Under the pieces are notes generated by a model. The model saw only the letters and a program-made list of their open reading frames with translations, ran no database searches and was not told where the DNA came from. From Pseudovirgaria hyperparasitica (taxonomy: Eukaryota): a stretch of DNA of 64,000 nucleotides. Below, piece by piece: positions 38,879 through 51,547 of the stretch (the stretch's first letter is position 1; each line of letters starts with the position of its first letter). The translations under genes and the position numbers were made by a program. The stretch lies in assembly GCA_010093815.1 (NCBI GenBank), contig ML996582.1; one strand, written 5' to 3'.

Positions 38879-40624
38879 ATGTGTAAGTATCTAAGAACTT
38901 TGCACTAGAAAGTTGAGTTTACTTATCGACTGTACAGATCACGGTACCGACAACATACCCACGTGGAGCAGTAACGGAGCTGCCTTAGCGGATAGATTGG
39001 TATTAGAACGTGTGGAAAGGGATTTTACGCATTATTCTGAGCGTATACCTACCATGGTAAGACTGTATCTTCCTACTTCAAGTGCTTCATATCTTATTCT
39101 TCGTAGCAACAGGAAGAGTTCCAACGTCGGCATAAGATGGATATCGAACAGCAGCGTCGACAGGACCTCATTGAAATGATCACAAAGGCTTGGAAGATCG
39201 ATAAGATCACCGAGTTCTTGAGTCCTCAAATGACACCTCGGCGACTAAGGACCCGTAACACTAACCCAAACCGAGATATCTACATGAACGTACAGGAAGA
39301 CAAGCTAGATCTAGCCTTACTAGAGCTATTGTGTGAGCTTGCAAAGCTCACTACAGGAAGAACTGTAGATGCAAGGAAGATGCTGCTCAAACACTGGGCT
39401 TTGAGACATCCTGACAAAGACAACCCCAGGGATGATGAGAATCGAGGCCTTATAATTGAGGATGTCGCTCATGCTCTTAGCGACGCAAAGGGTACGTTAC
39501 ACATGCTCTACTAACCTCGTATATATAGCATAACACTGACATATGGCATAGAGAAAAGTAATCAGAGCAGAGCTATTTTGAATCAAGATGTTAGATCTCT
39601 TCCGCTGCCAGTCGAAACTGGGCAGGGCAAGGAGAAAGTGTTTAGCTCTGTAGATGCTGATAGTACAGCGACACCTGTTTTCGGAGGACTAAGCTCTCAA
39701 GATCATACGGCAGATGCTACACACAAGCGTAAGACTATTGGATCTGTTTCCAACAGTGATTCCATCCCGTTGAAGCATCGTAAGTTACCCGGATCCTACC
39801 AGGAAAAGCATTAACGTTTTCTAGTCGGGATACCTACGGCAGCAGAACCAGTGCCGTTTGACAGACTGGTACCAATACACACATCTGCCAAGTCAATGGC
39901 GCCCCTTCATGATCCCAGTCAAGTCGGATCGACGAGAAGAAACGTCGTGGTTGCCACCGGGGTCCCAAAAGGTGGACACAAGACTCCCCAAGTATCGAGC
40001 GCGGGGATCAAGAGACAGACGCCCGACGCCCTACAATCAAGCACTAAGGAAGAAAGAACAGACAGATGGATCAGCGAGACACGTAAGCACGCTCCAGCAG
40101 CGCATAATGACATTGGTGATGCTGATAAAAGTCCAGAAAAAGAGTCTACGACAGTCATCCACTCTGATGACTCGCCAGACAGCTCATACCAGCCTCCCAA
40201 GCCGGTTGGGTCAAGGCGACCCAAGAGGAAGCGTTCCATGCCTAAGGACGTACCCATCTTAGACTCGGAGGGCCCAGCGAGGAAGACAAGGGTGGTAGGA
40301 GCACTACACACTCGGTCACAGGGGCCCTGTGACGAGCAGTCGCTAGCAGAGTCCTGGAAGACCGTAGTGGCAGATTCCGACTTCCCCTCCAATGACCTCG
40401 CCCCAAACCATGAGCTTGTCCGGTGGCAGTCAGATACTGTGGACATCAACGAGACGCAGCGGGCGTACGCAGCTGCGCACCACGGCGGAATGAGCCTGAC
40501 GGAGATGCGGATGAGGTATACCCTGGCTTCAACATTTGTAGATCGCATTGATGCCGATCTCAATCGACAGTTCTTGGGACTGTCGATTTATGAGGCCGAG
40601 CAAAGGGAGGCACAGGGCGAATAA
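38879..40624 (+). CDS. Orphan-family gene B: one helical domain, disordered basic linker, C-terminal helix
   Basis: TATATAAA at 38791. ATG 38879; introns 38883-38937, 39057-39106, 39492-39550 and 39780-39824 join ORFs 38913, 39137, 39578 and 39851 in a single frame. Confidence 0.75.
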
Positions 40625-40969
40625 GTTGACCAAGAGGACAGAATACGTTTCTGGTATGATTAGGACACATCGCATTGTATACATAATACACAGTGTCCAA
40701 CGTGCGTGCACAGATACATATGATAATAAGTCGTGACATTAGACCGTACCATGTATGACCCTCTTTGAAGTTCGCCGTTTCGATTACGCTTGCGTCTACA
40801 TTAATCGATCCACGTCCTCTGAAAGTGTTTAAAAATACTAACAAGTTTGTCATTACACGGTTTCCGCTAATCACTACCCCCAGATGATTCGTGTGGGTAA
40901 TGGATTACTCTTTTTCTGATCTACTTTATTATAAGAGAGAATGTAACCATGTTGTAACGATATAAGTAT

Positions 40970-41781
40970 TTAAGCCTACACGAAGAGGCATCCCTACGTG
41001 TCTAGGATACGTTATGGATGCTTAGGCTATTTTCTAGCTCTAGAAATCCATCTACAGAGCTAAATCATAATAAATAGGGAGCCTGAGTCACCCACAAGAG
41101 ATGTAGGCAATACCATAGTACTTAGAAACCACTATATCAACGAGGCTACTTGAGATTTGGATAGCAGTCTTTCTACGAGTTCTGTTCTCTTGGAACTCCA
41201 ACGATTAGGTAGAATCTTGAACTATAAGAGTATTCTTTCTATTAAGGCATACAGTAGGTCTAGAGCTAGGAACTCCTACTATCGGTACTAGCGAATACAA
41301 GTCTTATATAAATCGATATGCTCCTCATATGTAGGAGTTTCATGATCTGAGAGATCTCTTTTGATTTTTATATTGATACACTTTATGCTGTTGTTCATCG
41401 CGTGTATTATCTTTACTTGAAACGACCTTTCACATGAATAAAGATCTGCTCTAGGAGCCATGTATTTCATTGTATAGGTAGTCTTAATGATTGAAGTCTA
41501 TTGAGTACGATAGAGCGATACATCCTATTCAAAGCTGTGCATTTACAGATTTTCCCGAAGTTTAGACCTGTGATATCAGACATAAACCTTTCAAAAACGT
41601 GATTTGACACAGACACGAAATATTTAATATCATGACACCGCCCACAATTAAGTAGTTTATTAGGTGTTAAGCGCTTCTTATTCCATTCACAAGCGAACGA
41701 TGAACAAGCTCTATTGAGGTTCAACAAGCCGAAAAGTAGTATCCAGTAGTGTTTTTCGTAGTTTTCCGACTCCCAGGACAT
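40970..41781 (-). pseudogene. MYND zinc-finger gene remnant
   Basis: ATG 41781; RACSSFAC..KLLNCGRCHDIKY, then after a frameshift SCLCQ, and KICKC back in the original frame. The downstream frame contains several TAG/TAA stops. Confidence 0.5.
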
Positions 41782-42400
41782 TGCGATGAGTATATGATGT
41801 ACCTGAACGAGTGGTTATACTAGTGTCAATAGGTTCAATACTAGCTGGAAATCGAGACGTGTGTAGAAAACTTTGTAGATATATACTATATACTTAAGTC
41901 ATGAGTTTAGTAATAGTTGTATCTTATGGCTACATTGGGTTAAGACTAATACTATATAAACCAAAACTCGCTATAGAAAGGAATCTTCTGTTAGAGAGCC
42001 CCAGATTGAAAGATTCTTCTAGGTTATAGTCCTGGTTTCATTAAAGGCACTCTATTCACGTTAATTCTAATGAATATCGGGGGCTCCCTTACCTCATTAT
42101 ATGCAAGTATTACAATCAAAACCACTTGTCCTCCAAGAAGTGAAGAAGGAAGCTTTGGTAACACTATGTACCCGAGGGCTAGCTTCAGAGGTACATTTAC
42201 GGTGAAACTACACATTGTGAAAGCACACGGTCCCGGCGAAAGGTTTTCGCGTCAAGTAAATACAAGCTTGTCTAAGCAAAATTTGCGCTGCTAACCAATA
42301 TCATAGCAAGCTACGCAACCTGAAGCACCTTCTATACAACATCTTTCCGATTATTATCCCCATTCTCTCTGTCAAGATTGCCTCCTTTTACTCACTTATA

Positions 42401-44621
42401 ATGGAAGATTCTACTCAGTCTAACATTTCATCCGACGAAGTGCCACTTCTAGAGCCCCCGAGAAGAGTAAGCACGCGTCATATCCTAACAGAATTCGCTA
42501 GTACTAAGATATATTGCACCGCAGAGGCTAACACAAATGCAACTTAAGAGAAACCAGGAGCTAGCAAAAGCATGCCATGCAAATTGGGGCTCTCCATTAG
42601 GTGTATCAGAGTCTACCGGAGGGAGTACTCCTTTGCTACCTCGGGTGCAAGGTTACGAAAAAGATGGCTTCACGCCAATACCTCTTGCCCCTGGGGATGA
42701 CCCTGCTGGCTGGGCGGCCGTGAGACTAGAGGACTGGGATGTTGAGTTGCTTGAGAGCATGCTGGAACTATCCCAGATCACGAAAGGTAGGCCCAAGCAA
42801 GCCAGGCGAGCCTTAGAGTATCAGAGAATGCAGCGGCGTCGTGGTGATGGCGATGACAATTATATCGCGTCTTTCACGAAGAAAGACGTAGATGATGCAA
42901 TCGTATACTTGAATTCCGACTCTGGAAGAGAAAAAGAAGCAGAAGACGGAGATGGAGAGGTGGGAGCCAGGCCTGCAAGCAATACAACTTCTACATATCC
43001 CACAAGAGTAAGTATCCGGACACTACAACGACTAGACAGTTCCCGCTAAATAGGTATCTCACAGAGGTCCAGGAATCAGCAGACTGCAAAGACAGTCGAA
43101 TTTATCAATCAGATCCAATGGTTTTGGGGCATAACGAAAGAAAGTGAGATACTACCAAGAGACTTCAAGTACGCACCTCGTGGTATTCCTGGCGCGGACG
43201 GTATCCTGCAGGAGGTAACCTTGGATCAACAAGGTCTGGATTCAGAACCACTGCCACCCATCTATTGGCCCCTGGGTTTATTAAAGTCCATGGAACGTCT
43301 CGCTATAGTCACCAAGAACAATCGTGCAGGTGCTCTGGAGGCACTGACCCGCGAGATTATGGCAAGACAATCGGGTACGAGCGAGGGCCGCCATTACTTA
43401 TACCTCACAGCTAGAGACGTTGATAAGGCATCGAACAAAATAGCGCTGGCCAACTGTCTGGAGAAAATGCAACGCAAGAAGCTCATCAATAATCGCTCTG
43501 GAGAAGTCCACCCCAACGGTGGAGATATGAGCACTGAAACTGTCGAGGGAGAGGTCTCACAAAGTGAGAAACGTATAACAAAACTACAGGTACGATTCGA
43601 AATCGATGCTTCTGGAAAAGTCAGAGTCGTCAGAACCGAACCCATATCTCAACAGCAGCCAATCATCATGCACGAGGTCGACGACTCCTCTCCTACCACT
43701 ACGCGCCGCTCAGGACGTCAGACTGAGAGACCGGACTACAAGGTCCGAAAGGCATTGAGAAGCATGTATGGTCGGCGTTCTCTCCCAATCATCCCAGACC
43801 CTACAAACACAGCTCATCCTTTGCCGCTGCTACGACTACAGCTCTCCGAGAAAGCAAGGGGAAAAAGAAGGATGGCTGACGCCGAGGACACCAGCACTGA
43901 CACCGATACTCAGCGCAAGAGGGCCAGAGCCCTATCAAAGCCTCGAGGAACGACGAAAGAGATAGCACAGCCAGCTCGTACCGCGGTTCTGGCGGAGCAG
44001 CCTCCCCAATTCTCATACAGCCAACACAACACGACCGCACCTCAGACCTCAGGACTCGTACAACCAGCCTTGCCTCCACCACACCAACCCACCCAGCGCC
44101 CTCAAACGCGCTCAGCACGACCAAACCGCCTCCACCAAATGCTGCAAAACTCCACCACGCAGGACAATCTCGCCAACACCGCCTCACTCCGCAACAACGG
44201 TGAATCCAGCAGGACCGCCAACTCCGACCCGCCTCCACGCCTTCAACCAGCCCCTGAGCCCCTTGCCTCCGCACCGCACGCCAACGAACGTGAGATCACG
44301 GCTCGCCTTCATGGACTGCGGCTAGAGGCATACCCGCTTCCGCCGCACGCAGACGTCAACCGCGTTGGGATGGCGTGGACGCACACGGCAGATCTGGGCA
44401 TTCTCGAGTGCATCGAGGATGCGCGCGCCTGTGCCTCTGAGCACCGTGCGTATGCCTTGGAGCTTCGGCTGGAACAGCAGCGGAGGGAGCGAGAGGGTGG
44501 GATGATGGAAGTTCGTGCGGGTGAAGAGGAGGAGGGGTGGAACGGAGAGAGAGAAGAGGGCGGGGAGGATGGAGCTCCGGGTGGGGAGGAGAGGGGGGAT
44601 GGAGAGGCCATGGAGGAGTAG
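42401..44621 (+). CDS. Orphan-family gene C: two tandem copies of the helical domain, basic/Pro-rich linker, C-terminal helix
   Basis: ATG 42401; phase-0 introns 42467-42524 and 43008-43064 (both AGA|GTAAG..CAG|AGG) join ORFs 42537 and 43221 in frame. Confidence 0.8.
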
Positions 44622-44899
44622 GTGGCTGGAGGAGAAGGAAGGAAGAAGGTTGGTGGAGATGGAAGTGGGTGGGAGGGCAACGTGTAGTTGCTCAGCTCGC
44701 GTGTGTACTATATCATATCAATAAGTAATGGAGGTGAGTGGGGATCAAAATGTACTAGTAGACAGCTTGAGCGGTTGTGCGACCAGTATAGAGGAGACCA
44801 TACTGTATTTCTTTAACTGTGGAGCCATGTCTCCTTTAATAGTAAACACATTTCCATACAACCTATTCCGCGGGACATAGTAGAGAATTAGATATACGC

Positions 44900-45330
44900 T
44901 CAGGTCATAGACGTATACCTTGATATAGCACGTGTGTGTTTATCATAGCCAACTCATGAAACCTCGACTATAATATACTAGATGTTATAGAGTACTACAT
45001 ACATTATAGCGTGATGGACTAATATCATCATAGAAGATATATATCCTTTCTATAGCTAATACACAGTAATTAATATCTATATACTACATATGATATTCAA
45101 TTAGATATAAGATTAAATGTTAGACTAATACTCTAGTATACAAGATAGAGAGTCATTATACGAAGCCCGAGATTCTACAGTTCTTGTATAGAGTGTATAT
45201 GATATTATTACTATATTATACACTATATAAGACCTATACAATCTTCTAGCTATCATTAATACTATAGAAAGGTAAATATATTCTAGTTTCTCTACGCTAT
45301 AGAGTCTTTTAAATCGCTATCTAATGGATA
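44900..45330. repeat. AT-rich, RIP-degraded repeat remnant, family unidentified
   Basis: Strong TpA excess and CpA/TpG depletion by eye; stops in all frames. Confidence 0.55.
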
Positions 45331-45630
45331 GCAAAGAAGTTTCCTTGTCTACAAGCCTGACACCTGACATCTTAAGTAGAGAATATATCGGTTCTTATGA
45401 GCTGTCAAGCCTGTTCCAGCGATCCGTCTGTAACCTTTTCAGCGCGACGACCTCCTACGTTGGATATACTCGGATAATTACCCGATATGGTATGGAGATG
45501 CGTTCTGATTGGCTAGATAAGCCTACCGAAGTGGCCGCCTTATCAGAGGCGACTAAACATGCCCCGCTTTAGCGATAGCAGCTACATTCACCAAACATAC
45601 ACAATATTTGGACGCAAATTATACTTCACC

Positions 45631-47386
45631 ATGGCTTCCTTGAATTCCTATCTACTTTTTATTTTTGCCCTTGTCCTTGTGCCGCTGTTTTTCATAGTAC
45701 CGGCATTTATATCACCGCTGCGACGCGTGCCTGCAGCTCACCCGCTGGCTCAATTCTCCTCTGCTTGGATACTCTGGAAGCGTTTCCGAGTTGTGGAAAA
45801 TGCGACCATTAAGGCAGTGCATGACCGGCTTGGGCCGGTGGTATTGCTGGGGCCAAATGAAGTCAGTGTGAATTGCGTTAAGGGTGGACTTTCGACGGTG
45901 TATGGAGGAGGCATGGAGAAGCCGACAGGGAAGGACGGATGGTATGGGAACTTTACGAATTTCAAGTATGTTGGCTCGGCCCTTGTTGGATGGCTAGTTG
46001 AACTTAATAACCCATAGTGTCATGAACATGTTCGCAACATCATCGGGGAAATTGCACTCTCAGCGGAAACGTATGATCTCCAACATCTATTCGAAATCAA
46101 ACATCCAGTCATCGAGGGAGCTGGCAGCCCGGAGTTCCATCATCTTTCATAAGCGCATATTACCAATGCTTGATGGTATATGTAGTGGGAGTATGTCTGG
46201 TGGCTACCGGCATACGCATGGCGTATGTGACATGTATCTTGTGTTATGCGGCATGACAATGGACATTGTTACATCCTATATCTTTGGATTATCGGTATCC
46301 GCAAACTTCACCGAGAATCCTATAGTATGCGGACACTTCATGCATAACTATAACTCGCGTCATGGCTATAGCTTCTGGCCATTCGAGACACCAGGCTTCT
46401 TGAGACTTATGGACCGATTCGGGCTGCGAAAGTATTTTGTGCCAGATCTGGTCGCAAAAGCAAACGGCGAGATTGAAGAGTGGACCATGATTATGGTTGA
46501 TGGTGCAAGGAAGCTTCTGGATAGTGGTGTTCAACAAGATCCTGAGAACACCCCGATCGTCTACCAGCAACTACGCTTAGGGCTCGAGAGAGAGGCAGCG
46601 AAAACTGGATCAAATCGATCATCTCATGAACAGCGGCTGATGATCGCTTCTGAGCTACTGGACCATTTCGCTGCGGGTTTCGACACGTCGGCGATCACCT
46701 TGACCTACTTGGTGTGGGAGCTGTCACGACCACATAATCAACACCTACAAGGGAGACTGCGTAAAGAGCTTTTGACGTTATCACCGATTCTTTCTGCGTC
46801 AAAACCGGGAAGTATGGACATCCCAGACGCGAAATCAGTGGACTCGCTGCCTCTACTCCAAGCCATCATTCAGGAGGTATTACGTCTTCACTCAGCAATC
46901 CCTGGGCCTCAACCACGTGAGACGCCAGTCGGAGGCGCTTTCATAGGCCCTGATGTTCAGACAGGTTCCACCAGCCCTCAGTCAGGCAGAACGTACTTCA
47001 TCCCAGGACGTGTTCGTGTCAGTGCAAATGCGCTAACACTGCACTCTAATCCTGATGTGTTCCCTGACCCTTCTAAGTTCTCTCCTGAGCGATGGTTGAC
47101 TACTGAGGGCGAAGCGAGGAAGGAAATGGACCGATGGTTCTGGGCTTTTGGCAGCGGGGGGAGGATGTGTGTTGGTAGTAACCTGGCTATCTATCGTGAG
47201 CATCGACACTCAGAGCCAGTAACAGAGCTAATCTTAACAGAAATGAAATTCATCATCGCGGCGATTTATACTAGCTACAGGACTCATATCATTGACGATA
47301 CTGGCATTGAACAAGAAGATGCATATACTGCGCGTCCTCGAGGCCAGAAGCTAATGATTAAGCTGGAGCCTGTGAGTAACATATGA
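45631..47386 (+). CDS. Cytochrome P450 monooxygenase
   Basis: ATG 45631 with an N-terminal TM anchor; introns 45966-46017 and 47196-47240. I-helix AAGFDTS, EVLR, PERW and heme motif FGSGGRMCVG. Confidence 0.95.
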
Positions 47387-50193
47387 AGCTGCTAGTCTCC
47401 AAATGTAGGTCTCGAGACTCATATCAATGCCTGTGAGGTTGTAAAAGCAAGCTTAGCCGGGTTAGTTTCACGCGGGCTGCCTTGCATGAAGGATTCAACT
47501 ACGGCTTACCAAGGATTTGCAGTGTTGGTCTACGAAATCGAGCGATCACAGTACTAATACATAACTTCGACCTTGTCAGATCAACTCGCCACCAAGCAGC
47601 GTTTGACGAACAAACAGAATCGTGGTTAATCTTACGCAGCTTTTTTTTAGCTAGCATACGCGTCTTCGAAGAAAGTCTGGACAAGCTTTGCCAATAAGCC
47701 ATCTTCACTCCAAGCTTTCGTAACCCTTGCTGATGGCTTCCCGCTTCGTACACGTACCCTTAAGGGTGCCAGCCAACAAAGGATCACTCCCTTGTCGCAC
47801 TATCACCCTCCGACAAGGTACAAAAACGTCAGATCGGCGGAAATCGATTTCCATCAAATCTGGCTCGTTGTGTCTTCGGCGGGGCAGGAGCTATTGGAAC
47901 ATCATGTCCTTCGAGCACATAGAGTAAAGCAACACAGTGGTATGTATGGAGTCGTTTGATGAATGGGAACTCCTCTAAACGCGCATGGGTATAATGTCTT
48001 CTTTCCATTAGCTGTCTGAGTTTGGAGCCACTTCGTAACCCGAAAGAAGGCAATAGACAATGCTCGTGTGTGGCATGATCAGCTTTCCCTGGCTCAGTGC
48101 AGATCAAGACTGTATGCACTTCAGCCTCCACTTCCCATTGTTGTTGACTTCCGACTCCGTCTGCAATCGGCCATGTTGTGGTGTTTCAATCAAATTTAAG
48201 CTGCAGTTGGCATTAACCGGATCCGCAATGCCGAAATATTCACATCTATGATCATATATACCTCTACCTTAGTCATCGCCTTTACGAAATCTCCGCATCG
48301 TGTAACTCTGTCATCGATTTGCTCGAAACGATGAATAAGAACTAATCAAACTTGTTCGGCACGGGCAAGAAGTGAGCCAGATACAATACTGAACACTATT
48401 GAGACGTGTATACTCAGTCGTCACTCAGCCTTTAATGTTCTCAAACGGCTCTGTGAAGACATCGCGCACTTTCTCTGTAAAAATACAGGAGTCATGTTGT
48501 TCATGTAAGACACAATGAGGTTGACTGACCAATCGCTGCGTTATGCGAGATGATTATCTTCTTCCGCAACCCGTTTGGAAAAGAAAAAGAAAAAGAACAG
48601 GGACAAAGAGCTAGGATCGATGGTTCACACTTACGCGTCGGTCAATCCTTGGAGCTCAGCCTTGCAGATGAGCGACTCCACTTAACAGGATGAACATGTC
48701 GAATCAAGCACAACTCATGCCAGTAGTAACTGCGCGTACTTTGCAGGTAGTAGTACTTTGCCTCCGCTATGCGACGCTGTCAGGCTGTGCCACATCCACT
48801 CCCTCCTCCTTCGTCGGTCGCTTACCCTTGATGGAATATAATATGAATCTCGTGGCTTGTTATGTTCATTGGCTCGGATCATAATACAAATGAGGATTGA
48901 GTAACGTGGTGAGACTTGCCTATCACGGAGGGCCCGCGAGATATGAATCTCGAAATGGAATCATAACACCGCGCACACACACAAGCTCACTACGGACACC
49001 TACCGATCGTTACGCAATACACACTCACAAATAGCCCTCAGGAATGCCACCTCCAGCTAGGAAATATCCATGGGTCTCAGGAAATCAAACATTTAACACA
49101 TAGAACCATACGCTTGGCTTGGAACTTGCACCGCACATCGAAATCTCTGATATTATAGGTGTAACACAACGTATGCATGTCTGATGCTTCGCCTCTAATA
49201 TGCGTCCCACACAAATCCCCGCTCGCAGCCGCTCTTCCGCTGCACTTGACCTCGTCCCGGAAGAAACCCTCATAATGGAGCGGCACTCATAGACTTGAGA
49301 AAGTCGTTACATCGTGTAGATAAGCCGCAACTTCTTCATTTGGAACAACTCACTCATATCTGTCGCATGCTGCTCACTCTGCGCGATCCTCGGGTGTAAG
49401 AGCAGGGCCTCGCGGCTGATTAAGATCTCTTTTTCGTCATCCATGAACTTTTGAGGCATAGAGGTCTCTGATCTAACAATCCTGAGCTCATTTCTGAAAC
49501 GAATGCACGGCTCCTGAACGGTACAATGAGCGGTCGACCAGTACGTCATTCTTTCCCTATGAGCTTGCCAACTGATGACCTACGTTTGTTGTCGCACCAT
49601 AAGTAATATCCTTCGGTGACTGGAATAGCTGACTGCATATCTGATGCTCAGTAGATGTGTCCGTATCACAGTGGGCATCTGAGCCATCTGTAGATGTAGT
49701 CGCTTGCCATTGTTCATTCCGACTCCACATTAGCTGAGGCTGTGTACGTAAATGAGTGTTGCTATTGTTGGTAGCTTTTGAACACACTCTCAGTCTGCCA
49801 TGCTCTTGACCCGGTCTTCGATGATTCGGATCCATCTTGCCCCTTAGACACTCCTTCCAGGTCAGTCAGATAATTGTGTGACGTTCCCTCCGTCCGTGGA
49901 CGCCTAGTGTCTCCGACTCGGAGATCATAACGCTATGTTTATCTCTTTGAGACCGAAGAGCCTCATGTATCCGTGGACAAAGCACAGATTATGCTGAACG
50001 TTTCGGACATCAGCTTCTCGTGGTAAAGAGCTGCATCCTCCACACTACGTCAGTATCTATAGACGCGACTCCAGAACTTCCCATATAACGCTGAAAACAT
50101 GCACCCAGCACCTCTCGATTCTAATCATCTAAACTGTCTCATCAACACCCAACTCTCCTTCTCACTCTATTTGGATTATACTACACATTCAAA

Positions 50194-51129
50194 ATGGTTG
50201 CCCAAGTGGATACTACTTTCAATTACTTCAATGAAGACGCTGGCTATGACCTGATCCTCGGCACTGTCCAACCCTTCCGCCGCAAGGTCGACTCCCAAAA
50301 CGCGACCGCACACGACATTCGCGGCCATGAAAGCGAGTTCAAACTCGATACCCACGGCTTCGAGCTCTGTCACCACCCAAGCAAACACATGGACCTGGTC
50401 AACGAGCCCGACAAAGACATCGTCAAGAAGCACATCTACCCAGAAATCGAAGAAGTGCTCAAGAAATGGTAATTCCCCATTCCTTTCCCTCTTCCTAATC
50501 TCAACTTCTCCCGCACCGACTTACACCCCACCAGTACCGGTGCAAACAACGCTCTTGTCTTCTCCCACGTCACCCGCAACGGCTCCCCCGAGAAAATCCA
50601 AGCCCAAGCCGACGCCTCCACCAGCGACGAAGAACGCACCACCACCGCGACCCCAGCACGCGTCGTCCACATTGACCAATCCGCCATCGGCGCCAACGCC
50701 CTCCTCGAAGACAATCTCCCCGCCGACCTCGTCACCAAAGTCAAAAGCGGCCGCTGGGCCCTAATAAACGTATGGCGGCCCCTCAAGAAGATCCCCCGCG
50801 ACCCGCTCGCCATGTGCGACGCCCGCAGCGTCGCCGAGACAGACAAGGTCGAGCTCACAGCCCGTCTGCCCACCTGGAGCGGCGCAAAATACGGCGCGTC
50901 GCGCCCGAGTCTGAGTGCGCTCCACGTGCGCTACAACGAGGCGCACCGTTGGTATTTTGCCGACGAGATGACGGAGGATGAGGTCTGGGTGTTTAAGATC
51001 TGGGAGTCGCTGGATGATGGGTCGGTGGCGGGTGGGGTTGCGCATTCGTCGTTTGTCGACCCGCGCACGAGGGATGTGCGTGAGTTGCGCGAGTCGATGG
51101 AGATTAGGAGTTTGGTGTGGTGGGATTAG
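50194..51129 (+). CDS. AsaB / GA4-desaturase / CmcJ-like hydroxylase-desaturase family protein
   Basis: ATG 50194; intron 50469-50534. Motifs HDIRGHESEFKLDTHGF, PARVVHIDQS, RWALINVWRPL, DPLAMCDARS, HRWYF, VAHSSFVDP, RESMEIRSLV. Confidence 0.85.
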
Positions 51130-51547
51130 ATGTGCGATGCGGATCTGTGAGGGGGTTGTATTATATTCTGTATGATATCTAGTGAGAAGATTCGATAGGT
51201 TGCATATGTTACCACCCACTACTAACGCTCTGTGCTCTTAGACTTAGCCCCATACCTCATGCATCTTTTCTTCTACAAGACCTTTCTGCCCAGCATCATA
51301 TTCACACATAGAATATCGTTATACGCCCATGCGAAGAACCATTACCCTCCACAGACCTAACCTACACCAAAAAAGAATCTTTTCCTGCCAGGAATTTCAA
51401 CTCATACCCTCCCTCTGCAAAAATTTTCATATCAATCCATATCCACAATACCATACTCATAAACACACTAAATTCCATAAATTATATCACCGCCAAGCAC
51501 ACCGACATCCAAAATGACCATATTCCCTCGCCAACTCGTCTCACACC

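Noticed and set aside
33342..44621. Orphan family as Spok, HET-domain or NLR genes
   Set aside because: No kinase, nuclease, HET, NACHT or other recognisable motifs of those families.
47196..47240. Stop-free 45-nt P450 intron as an alternative isoform
   Set aside because: Retention would disrupt the helix directly after the heme cysteine; it is most likely an ordinary intron.
47400..49850. Short ORFs between the P450 and the AsaB-like gene
   Set aside because: No recognisable domains; compatible with chance ORFs or unidentifiable remnants.
30300..51500. Accessory block as a Starship giant transposon
   Set aside because: No tyrosine-recombinase (DUF3435) captain or typical auxiliary genes are recognisable, and no boundary repeats were found.
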